DNA from: Tubulanus polymorphus
Lineage: Eukaryota; Animalia; Nemertea
Direction of reading: 5' to 3'
Length of the DNA stretch: 64,000 nt
NCBI RefSeq assembly: GCF_964204645.1
Contig: NC_134033.1
Location: 950,131-1,014,130 of the forward strand
Of the stretch, positions 26,101 to 34,866 are shown piece by piece. The notes under the pieces were generated by a model. It searched no databases. It was given only the letters and a program-made list of their open reading frames with translations, and had not been told where the DNA came from. A program made the position numbers and the translations under genes. Position 1 is the first letter of the stretch; each line of letters opens with the position of its first letter.

Positions 26101-29100
26101 TAAGTTACGAAGGGAATCGAACTCCGATTAAATTCTGTAACTTTGATGATAATTCTGACGAAAAACTCATAAGAATCGGTTGTTTCAAGGTAACAGAAGA
26201 ATTAATACTTACTGCCTTTGCTGCTGTTTGTTTACGCTGATGACATGAAAGAAAAAAAGAGAATTCATTTTAGTTTTGTTATTTCACGTTCACACGTTAA
26301 ATACAGTAAATATAAATACATCAATAAAAGAGATACATAAAATATATGCACATATATCCGTGAGCAAATGCTTCCAGATTTTACTGTGTGCGCTAATATT
26401 ATATAAAAAAAACTTGATTATAAAATAATTCTAAGTGACGGGAATTTATTTCATTGAAAGCAGGATTATTTTCATGACTTTGTTCCCGGTATGAAATATA
26501 CGATGAAAATCACAAACAAATCATCGTCTGTCAGAAAGAAATAAACACGACTAGAAATTCCATGATACAGAAAACTTCTCACTTACTTCTGGTGCTGTCG
26601 TTTTTGTCGTCGTCGTCGTCGTCGCTGAATTCTGTCGCAATAAAAAAAGAAGAGAATTCATGAATTTCTTGCATTATTTCATATTCAGTAGCAAACATTA
26701 AACACAGGAGATCATATTATAATTAAAACAAGAGACAAGTTTTATATCTGTATTTGGAAAAACCCTGATATTTCTGTATTCGTTTGTTTTAGGGTTTTAT
26801 TTAAACAATATAAAGTCCATTAAACAGAAAAATTCAAACTTACTGTATTCGTCGCTGTTTGTCTGTTCTGTTGCAATAAAAGAAAAGAGAATTCATTAAT
26901 TTCTTGCATTGAAACTCTGATCTCTGTAACTTTGATATTTCTGTATTCGTTTGTTTTACAGTTTGATTCAAACGATATAGAGTCCATGAAACAGAAAAAT
27001 TCAAACTTCTGTTGTCGTTGCTGCTGCTGCTGCTGCTGCAGCAGCAAACTGTCGCGATGAAAGAATAGTAATTAATTGCGTTGTTATTTCATATTGAGTA
27101 GCACACATTTAACAGAGATCATTATTAAAACGAATACCAGACAGGTTTAATATCTGGAAAAAGATTTCATCAGAGTAAACTTGTTACAATGAGAGAAAAC
27201 CAAAAACACCACGCGATAAATCAGTTTGATAATTCCTTTTATCGGGATATTTGACCTTTAAAAATGACAATTGTAATTATTATCATTACTATTATCGTTA
27301 TTACTACGAGTTTGATGATAATTATGAACTATATGCGCAAATATAAGCGTATGTGTAAGTGAGCGCGCGCACAAACTGAAGACGAAATCAGTTACAACTT
27401 GCTTAAAGAGTTATGAAGTTTCAATGACTCTCAGCGAAAATGGTAGATATCATATTCCACCGAGGAGATTAATAGAAAACTTACAAAATGAATTTCCGCT
27501 TCTACTGTTATCTAGAAAAGAGAATTAACATTCATATCTATAAAAATCATTCATTAAATGATCAATGAATCTAAGCGCCAGTTTTATGGAGACCAATGTT
27601 TACTTTAATAAATCTGGGTTAACTTGATTAAAAGTGAATTCAGTTAACTGAGCACGGGTTAAACATAATACCAGTCTAACCGGCTTCAGAGGACCAGGTT
27701 AAACAAAACAGGTTTACATAAAATGATATCATAAAATCTAAACTTACTGGCGGCGGAATTTCCTCCAGGACTTCTGGCTGTTAGAAAAGAACAATAACAT
27801 TCACATTCATTAGAATTATTTGAAAAATAAGCATCTGGGGGCGGTTGCACGTCAATCGAGACTTAAGTCCGAAAGTGGTCTTAAATCTTAAGACTGGTCT
27901 TAAGTTGTTAGATTGGCTATAGAAACCAAGTTGGTCTTAGACTGATCTTAAGTCAAAACCCTGACTATGGAACCGGCCCCAGAAAATGTTTCAGTTTTGA
28001 ATATTGATTGTAACATCAAATGATAACCGGTCCCGGGTTCAATTCCACATTTAATTCATTATTCCATCTGTATCCTGGATGGTTAGTGAGGTGGAGTGGA
28101 CGGTATCTTTGATGGGTTGGTATGAACGCCAACACCAGGGGGAGTGGGGGCGGGGGATTTAAATCTAGCTCCGATATATCAATGAAATAGTGCGCACTAT
28201 CTCAAAAATATCGATGACGTAGTGCACATCTACTCAGGTAAGTATACTAGGTATCAATGTAGATACAGACATATTATTGGAACAAAAAAAAATGAATACT
28301 TACTATCTGCTTTCGTTTTGGAGCCATATTTCTAGAAAACAAAATAGAGACATCATAAACATTTGAGCGACGACACTTATCATCATTTGAAAATTGGCAT
28401 ATCGATTGTAAACAAATCCGCCAGATGACAGATCTGTAATCAGTCAGTGCTATGGAGGGTAGCCCTTGGGTTTTAATAGAAACAATTTCAGAGACAACAC
28501 ATTAACAACTTTCGTCAGCGAATTCCCTTGAGAATCATCTGTATCAACCAGTTACAGATGATTCTCAAGGGAATTCGCTGACGAAAGTTGCACTTGGTAA
28601 ATACACAAAATATAAATGAATTACCCAAATATTTCCTTGATTTTATGAAAATTTCCGAAATTTATTTTTGGAAATATTTCCAAACTAGGAATTATCATTT
28701 CAAAATTCCAAAGTTTTTCCCAATTTCTGCGTTCTGTGGGAACCATGAGTATGCCTGTTTATCTAAGTGCTGAGGTGGAATTTTTTAAATCTTTACATCT
28801 CCAGCACTTTCGAGTATTGATTAGTTCAATGAAATGCTTAACGCACCTTAAAATTTCAACAAAATATTTTGTTTAGGGTTTCATTCAGTAAACCATCAGG
28901 CCATACATGCAGTTCAACAGTTTTGGACGCAATGGGATACCGGCAAGGCTAATGAATAAGACCCTAAAGATATTTTCTGTTGAAGACATTTTGAGGGCAC
29001 CAACGATTCCCTACCATTTTTCATTACCAGTTGAAATTTGGTTTATTTCAGAATGTTTTAAATCTAAAAAACTGATCAAGAAATGTGGAACTGGGAGGTC

Positions 29101-32100
29101 CAGAACGGTGGAACTGGATCCTGATAGCCGCTTTAAATGAAATCTTTTTGAAATTTTTGTTGAAGAAATTAAATTTGTGTAGGGTGCCAAAAATCCCAGA
29201 TCAGTTATCCAAAGTAATACACGCTAAATTTTTTATTTTCGTGTTTAAACTTTTCTCAACTTGGTCTCAACAGGACCAGTGAAACTGTATAGTCCAGATA
29301 AACCATCGTTTCTATATCCATCTGACACAGTTTTCAAAGGATTGTCAAAAAATCGTCTTTAACTGATTTGAATCAGAGAAAAGAGACTACATTTTATGAA
29401 CTAAATAAATTTTAACAATACGTTCCATGCCTACCATTTTGAATTATTTTCAAATCATCAAAAATCATATTTCAGAGGCATGGAAACACAAGAAACATTT
29501 TGTTAGAATTTCAAAAATGGCTGATCTTTTGTAATCGCAACATGAGAAAATGAAGACTTTTTGGCAATTCTTCAATATGGTGTAAAGTGGATGTAAATAC
29601 AACTGTTTATTCGGACTGCACATTTTCACTCTGGTCGTATCGAGACCAAATTGAGGTGTGTTCAAAAGTTTAACCCCTTCAGTGCGTCTACAGCACAGTG
29701 TGGTATATAAATCGGTGATGGATTTTGCTAATTCACCGCACTGTGGTGTCTTGATGTAATAAGTAATTAGTTTTTATCTCTATTGAAAGATGACAGCACC
29801 TGTCAAACATAGTGAAATACTAGTACCGTATTTTCCGGCCAATAAGCCGATTTTCTAGCCTCAGATTTTTACCCAAAATATCGTGATCGGCTTATCGGGC
29901 GGATACGATCTGACATAAAAAATCACTTCCCGATCTATGCCACTCTAATGCTCTCAATGATCGTCAAAATCAAGAAAAGTGGTCGATATTTATTTGAGGT
30001 AATTATTTACTACCAATTATAATCTATTTTGAACTATTTTATTTTTACTTTGATTGTTCCATCACCGCACAGCGGCGATGGTATACATTTATATAATGCG
30101 CGAGTTCATCGTACTACCACATGTCGGTTCATACATTAGTATATATGCAAATCAGCAGTGAGCCCCATACTGCGTGTATGGCTGTGTGTATAGTAATCAG
30201 CTGAGTGAGTCTATATATAGCACAGTCACTCGGCGATGATAGTATACACAGCACTCTCACACATCGGCGGGCGCTACTGTCAGCCTCTTAAATGTCAATT
30301 AAGACGAACTAATTGACAAATCAGTGAATTAAAATCTCTGATGAAGGACCTCGGCTTATTGGGCGAAGCTTTATGAAATCCATGTATTTTAGGCTAAAAA
30401 ACTGCCCTCGGCTTATTGGCCGGAAAATACGGTAGCTAATGATACACCGCGCCGCGGTTTAGACGCACTACAGTGGTATTCCCGTTATTCAACAAACTAG
30501 GGCAGAATTTTTCAAAATTTTAAAATTATCTCCAGCACTATAAGCTATTGATCAGTCAGCACTGAAAGGGTTAAGAGAAATATCACAAAGTAACGGATGT
30601 CATGCAAAAATTATGAAGACATCGGTCCATTCCGTTTCATGAACGTAAAAATAAAACCCTGTAAATCAATTCAACATTCACTAAATTCACCTGCATTAAT
30701 GAAGAAATTTAAAATCGATTTTAAGTGTAAGATATTTTTTATCTAAGTGGGTCCTAGTCTAATTGGGTCTAACAGTCAGTTTCACAAAAATTTTATTGGC
30801 GAGATAAACTTTAGTTAATGATGAAATTTTATTATCGATTCTAAGTGTAAGGCTAAACAAAAATGATATCTTGTTTCCCTGCAGCGGCCGGGTCATTTTT
30901 GTAAAATATGATAAAATTTATAAACAGTTCATTTCTATAGCGGCCGGGTCTGTTATGGTAAAATTGATCACGATTTTAAAAAAAAGTAATGTATAGGGTA
31001 GATAGGCGGCCGGCCGGGTCAACATTTAAGCTCAGCAGAGCAGAGAAAACAAGGTATCAATTTTTTTTAGCCTAAGATATTCTTCATCTAAGTGGGTCCA
31101 AGTCTAATTGGGTCCAAGAGTCAGTTTCTCGAAAATTCTACAGCTATTTTCTATTTCGACTTGACTTGCACATCAGGTGGCCTAGCTCAGTCAGTTTTAG
31201 TGGTATATACCTGATAGAAGTCTTATTAGGACCAGAAAGGACTGGCAGTTGACGAAAAACATTGTTTTCTGATCCATTCTACACTGTATTTAAGGATTGC
31301 AAAAAAGTCTTCATTGAAAACAGTTAAAATAAAGAAAAGTGGCTCTATGATTCTAACATTCTAACAAAAGTGGCTCTATGATTCCAACATTAAATTCTAA
31401 CAATTTATTTCCATGCCTACATAGCAAACTTCAGTTGCTAAGGCTTTTTTGTAATCATTTGATACAGTGTGCAATCGATTAAAAAACGACTGCCCCTCAG
31501 TAAGTTTAGGTAGTATATACCTGATATTAAAGAAACGGGTTAAAAGGGTAAGCACAGATGGGCAGCTGATCTAAAAGCATCGGTTCCATTTAAACTGCAT
31601 TGAGGGATAACCTAAATCTTCTTTAACTCAAATGATCTTCAATACAACGTAAAATGGATTAAATATCAAAGTTTTAGGTTGGCCGCCTATCTCTGTGCCA
31701 TCTCATTTGAGACCTTTATAACAGGTTACGTACTACCAAAACTGACTGAGCTAGGCCACCTGATGTGCGGCCAAATCTAGTTGAAATAGAAATTAATCGA
31801 AAAACAATATTCTTTACCAACACTAATGGATACAAAAATCTTGTAAAACCAGGGCCAACTAAAATCGGGGAAGCAATTTCATGACATAAATTTGACACCA
31901 AAATCTATTTCATGGCTCAGTATTTTATGAGAATAGATAATTCTAGAATATAATAATATTTTGCCTAGTATTTGTTGATTTGTATCAACATCATCCACAG
32001 CTAATAGTGATCTAAGGTCTCAGTGAGTTGTATTGTATTCAAACATCTGTAAGACATGCCGTTACATTTTGAGCAGCCAGGGTTTGACTAAGGGTTTGCC

Positions 32101-33258
32101 AGGGTTTGACTAGTTCGCCATCTAGTGGATACTATGAATTATGAGTGTCTATCGGATTAAATTGTCCGCTGGCAGATGAGCTTGGCAAGAAAGTTTTTCA
32201 AATCGATTCTGAAAATATTTACATTTAATTCAGTTTATCTCAGCAATAAATTTTTTGTGAAACTGACCCCTGGACCTAATTAGACTAGGCCCTACGTGAA
32301 GAAAATCTTACTCTAAAATCGCTTTAAAATTATTTCAACACGGGTGCATATTGAATCGATTTAGGATTAATTTCGTTTTGGGAAAATGTACCCAGGGTCG
32401 TATATTTCCTATAGGCAGCTATCAGGATCCAGTTTCACAGTTCTGGACCCAGTTCCACAGTTGTAAGTTAGAGCTAACTGAGTTCATTTTCAATGTTTTA
32501 ACTACAATCAATTTTGAACTCAGATTTAGAGTTCAGGTTTAAAGCAAATTGAAATGAACTAATTTTAACTCAAAGTAAACCAAAGATGAAACCGAGATCG
32601 AATGCTGATTTTCAGATGCAGCTCTCAATTCAGAATAATTCTTATCAAAATAATTTCTGATCTTTAGAACTAATTTCACACCCCTTAACACTGGACAAAA
32701 ATGAACTCAGCTAGCTCTACCACAACCTGGAAGCTTTGTTTATTTTCTACCCTTAGCTACGTATAAAGCTCGGGTCTAAAATCAAAACTTCACTTCAAAA
32801 ACTTAGGCCTAGTTTACAAAAAATGGCCACCGGGCTGAAGAGGTAGGAGGGAGAGGGATCGCCGCCGACGGGGCTTTGTTTCTTCAGTTTTCTTCTGCCG
32901 TTCGTTCGACCATCTCATTTTTTCAACCAGTCGCTGCTGTGATGATATTCTCCTGCAGAAATTTGAGATCTCAAAAAGATCGGCCTCAAGAATATCGGCG
33001 GCAATCAGGATTGAGGAGCGGGATGGGTGCGGAAAGTGGCGCCATTTCAGACGACGGAATATCGAGTTAAAACATCGTCTGAAATATCAGTTTACATCAA
33101 TAGATGATCGTCAAAAACTATTTCTACGCCGTCCAAACGACCTCTTCTGTGATATTGGCCGTAAAATCTACCGCAAAACGATCCGATTTAACGGATGTAA
33201 AGAGATTTAAATCGAAAAAAATCACCAACACGTTTACTTACATCGCTCGATTTAGCAT
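6080..33258 (-). CDS. Multi-micro-exon gene, ~706 aa low-complexity basic/Pro-Ala-Thr-rich protein with one KH-like segment; function unknown, probably nuclear
   Basis: Exons in transcript order, each AG/GT-bounded with a pyrimidine tract: 33242-33258 (tentative), 28304-28331, 27748-27777, 27485-27511, 26844-26867, 26587-26631, 26213-26236, 26027-26056, 25764-25790, 25117-25140, 24863-24904, 24489-24512, 24303-24332, 24040-24066, 23399-23422, 23145-23186, 22771-22794, 22335-22379, 18830-18910, 18343-18462, 17561-17587, 17434-17460, 17154-17201, 16569-16619, 16232-16273, 15927-15956, 15633-15665, 15414-15449, 14863-14898, 14037-14090, 13077-13109, 12245-12271, 11736-11777, 10873-10911, 10440-10490, 9786-9831, 9119-9184, 6873-7108, 6080-6541. 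Joined they give 2121 nt with no internal stop, ending at TAG 6080-6082. Phases are consistent at every junction. Confidence 0.8.
7167..7405. mobile_element. hAT-like MITE, degenerate
   Basis: Imperfect TIRs CAAGGGCGGATCCAG / CTGGCTCAGCCCTTG; flanks TATAT/TAGAT (4 of 5 match). Confidence 0.55.
8065..8128. repeat. (AT)n microsatellite
   Basis: Direct observation. Confidence 0.95.
8149..8190 (+). ncRNA. Minimal type I hammerhead ribozyme (Penelope-associated type)
   Basis: Stem I ACAC(8149-52)/GTGT(8187-90); core CTGACGA (8153-59); stem II GATCTC/GAGATC with loop TAGGGT; GAAA (8179-82); palindromic ACGT in place of stem III; cleavage triplet GUC (8184-86). Confidence 0.75.
8274..8430. mobile_element. 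One end of a piggyBac-like MITE, inverted copy of the family at 29674-30570
   Basis: TTAA-CCCTTTCAGTGCTGACTGATCAATA... is the reverse complement of 30435-30574. Confidence 0.75.
8736..8878. repeat. Near-perfect inverted repeat or foldback (~60-bp arms)
   Basis: GAGGAGAGAATCCCACAATGATAATAAAAAGTCC... pairs with ...GGACTTTTTATTATCATTGTGGGATTCTCTCCTC. Confidence 0.9.
9335..9590. repeat. Tandem copies of a dispersed GGATCCAGTTCCACAGTT...GAGTTAACTCTGAACTC repeat family
   Basis: About 40-bp units; the same family occurs at 10990-11105, 29085-29120 and 32425-32540. Confidence 0.7.
10570..10782. repeat. ~40-bp minisatellite, ~5 units, inverted homolog of 646-968
   Basis: GAATAGCTCGGTAGGACCAGAGAGATTCAGGGATTCTATATGT repeated. 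Confidence 0.95.
12501..12865. mobile_element. MITE with TAG...CTA termini; superfamily uncertain, Academ-like termini
   Basis: TIRs TAGCTTGGTTGACAGGG / CCCGTAAACCAAGCTA. Confidence 0.55.
15041..15156. repeat. (ACCG)n microsatellite
   Basis: About 29 perfect units. Confidence 0.95.
18343..18910 (-). CDS. Two larger exons (81 and 120 nt) encoding the only globular-looking segment, KH-like
   Basis: EIETVFELKLGTSLRASFQKTLTRKHP + QVIVDTPRVHAIVVVRGPKVAVDNCYEYAHELRDRLVAQE. VVVRGPxxAVxxxxxxxxEL resembles the last strand and helix of type I KH domains; no GxxG loop is present. Confidence 0.6.
19368..19860. mobile_element. hAT-like MITE with apparent 6-bp TSD
   Basis: TIRs CAGAGTTGCCACT / AGTGGCAACACTG; TATATT on both sides. 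Confidence 0.7.
20347..20622. mobile_element. hAT-like MITE
   Basis: TIRs CATAGGCGTCCCC / GGGGACGCCTATG; flanks AAAAC/AGAAC. Confidence 0.7.
20901..21086 (+). mobile_element. tRNA-derived SINE with 11-bp TSD
   Basis: A-box TGGCCAAGTGG (20917), B-box GGTTCAAACC (20970), short A tail, and direct repeat GAGCTATAATT at 20890-20900 and 21087-21097. Confidence 0.8.
21427..21690. repeat. 37-bp minisatellite with an internal hairpin (AACCGTA-CCGA-TACGGTT), ~7 units
   Basis: CTTAACTCAAAACCGTACCGATACGGTTGGCTTGATT repeated. Confidence 0.9.
22643..27809. repeat. 3 x ~1.72-kb near-identical tandem duplication, each unit carrying 5 (+1 weak) micro-exons
   Basis: TTCAGGTCAAAAACGATAAG recurs at ~22643, 24361 and 26085; track ORFs repeat at 23375, 25093 and 26820. 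Confidence 0.95.
27837..27981. mobile_element. Small palindromic MITE, PIF/Harbinger-like
   Basis: CTG-GGGGCGGTTGCA ... TGGAACCGGCCC-CAG termini; internal CTTAAG repeats. Confidence 0.5.
28304..28331 (-). CDS. Exon containing likely start or N-terminal NLS-like motif (N)MAPKRKQI
   Basis: ttttctag|AAATATGGCTCCAAAACGAAAGCAGATA|gtaagt; in frame with the upstream ATG exon 33242-33258 (MLNRA-I). Confidence 0.75.
28506..28590. repeat. Perfect hairpin, 38-bp arms, 9-nt loop
   Basis: CAACTTTCGTCAGCGAATTCCCTTGAGAATCATCTGTA-tcaaccagt-TACAGATGATTCTCAAGGGAATTCGCTGACGAAAGTTG. Confidence 0.95.
29674..30570. mobile_element. piggyBac-like MITE carrying a nested insertion
   Basis: TTAA at 29670-73 and 30571-74; TIRs CCCYTTCAGTGC. 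Confidence 0.8.
29826..30432. mobile_element. Tc1/mariner-superfamily (Tc2/pogo-like) MITE nested in the piggyBac-like MITE
   Basis: Perfect 25-bp TIR CCGTATTTTCCGGCCAATAAGCCGA; TA TSD; no transposase ORF. Confidence 0.85.
30851..31072. mobile_element. MITE with TAA TSD (Harbinger- or Zator-like)
   Basis: TAA-GGCTAAA...TTTAGCC-TAA; the empty site AGTGTAAGATATT is seen in the adjacent duplicate at ~30724. Confidence 0.8.
31147..31793. mobile_element. Foldback or MITE with ~55-bp imperfect inverted ends
   Basis: GCACATCAGGTGGCCTAGCTCAGTCAGTTTT (31168) vs AAAACTGACTGAGCTAGGCCACCTGATGTGC (31738). Confidence 0.65.
32818..32952 (-). CDS. Candidate optional 135-nt phase-2 symmetric exon (MRISSQQRLVEKMRWSNERQKKTEETKPRRRRSLSLLPLQPGGHF), or 5'UTR
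   Basis: tttctgcag acceptor and a weaker gtaaac donor; open and in frame between 33242-33258 and 28304-28331. Confidence 0.35.
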
Positions 33259-33400
33259 GAATGATAATGCGCGCAACGGGCGAGCCAATCACCTTGACGG
33301 AAACAATAGGATCCAATCAACGGAACGGATACTATCGGATGCCGGACCACGTGGTGTGTTTGAATCGGCGGCACTCGGATACGGATTCTATAACCGAACC
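33259..33400 (-). promoter_or_regulatory. Putative promoter of the micro-exon gene (CpG-rich, two CCAAT motifs)
   Basis: GCCAATCA at ~33284 and TCCAATCA at ~33312, immediately upstream of the first exon, in a locally CpG-rich stretch (32830-33620). Confidence 0.4.
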
Positions 33401-33635
33401 GTCGAAATGATATATCATTATCAATTTCAATTGATGTATCGAAATATCAATTCGACTATCGATAGAAATAGAAATGATTATATCGTAGATCTTTTAATAT
33501 CAGTATCGGATTTTTTTAAGATTTTACGGACGCCCGACGACCAAACAACTCACATCATCCTCGATTGCCAGGGGCCGGATGAAACGTTGAACGCGGACTG
33601 CGTATCGGCCATCGGCACTATCTAGGCTATGAACC

Positions 33636-34415
33636 CAGGGGCGGATACAGGGGGTCGCACCTGCGGCACGTGCGACCCCTTGAATTTGTGAAGTGCCCTT
33701 TTCAAAAAGATTCTCATGAAAATACAGCGCCTGCAAAATCCGACGTCCGGACCTATGAAATTAATTAGAATTTGAATTATTGCGGAAAAGGGCACTTTAT
33801 ATTGCAAAAAATGGCACGTTTCATTGAATCAATTGCCAAAAGGCACGTTATATTGTCAAGAAGGGCACATATATTGCGAAAAAGGGCACGTTCATTTGCA
33901 AAAGAATTAAGAAAAGTGCTCCAAAAATAGTTTGAAAAATCCTGTTATGGGCACGATTAATCTCCAAAATGAGGGCGCATGTGTTCAATCATATTACCGT
34001 ACTGATGTGCTCTGACAGGGCACAACTCTGTGACTATCGGCACGTTCAAATTGCCAAAAAAAATTCTAAAGGCACATTGTATTGCCGAAAGGGCACGTTC
34101 ATAAAAATTCAGAAAAGGCCTCAAAAATAGTTGGCTCAAAAAAATGACTAATAACTATCACATTCTAAAAGGGGCACATTCAAATTGCAATAAATACTAA
34201 GAGTGGTTTGTTATTGCCTAAAATTCAGACAAGGGTATTTTTGCTATTTTGATGCCTCAGATGCTCTGATAGCTGGGCTTCAAATTTTTAACTGATTCTA
34301 AACCCCTTGGTGGCTTCGTACCTTCGGTGCTCGCCTCGTCGTGGTAATACAAATCCGGACAGGTGCCCTCTTGAATGAGTGCTACCCCTTGAATTTGGGC
34401 CTAGATCCGCCCCTG
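33636..34415. mobile_element. hAT-like non-autonomous element with 5-bp TSD
   Basis: TIRs CAGGGGCGGATAC / GATCCGCCCCTG; GAACC duplicated at 33631-35 and 34416-20; internal AAGGGCAC repeats. Confidence 0.8.
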
Positions 34416-34782
34416 GAACCGATACCAACCAAACACTTTCAAAAATAACTTGAAACCTTATTTAGAAATAATTGCGATTAAGATTTCATCCCCGGCTTTA
34501 ATTACTCTTGTTAGCTCATGTTTTATTAGTAAAAATGTTCATGTAAGTCCCAGACGAAGTCTCTTGATATTTCGGCTAAAACATTTACATGGTGTATTGT
34601 TTTTATATACTTGTAATCGATTTTAATAAATTAATCGATTTTCAATCGTCATTGTAATAATTTTGTTCTTTTTGAATAAATTTCTTTTTAATGTTTCGGA
34701 TAATTCTATTGATTTTCCTTGTGTAACAATGAGTGAATTGCTAGCTACCTCCTGAGGGAGAGACTCTCTTTAGTGCCTGCGG

Positions 34783-34860
34783 ACCATGGGGGAGACCATG
34801 GGGGAGAACATGGGGGAGACCATGGGGAGAACATGGGGGAGACCATGGGGGAGAACATGG
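34783..34860. repeat. Short GGGGAGA(A/C)CATG minisatellite
   Basis: Direct observation. Confidence 0.85.
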
Positions 34861-34866
34861 AAGAGG

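Noticed and set aside
23375-27047. Poly-Gln ORFs (MLQQQQ...)
   Set aside because: Splice phase indicates the CAG/GCA tract is read as poly-Ala if used at all; the rest of each ORF is intron.
33104-33625. 173-aa + strand ORF
   Set aside because: No recognizable motif; it overlaps the putative promoter and first exon of the minus-strand gene and is likely a chance ORF, though not excluded.
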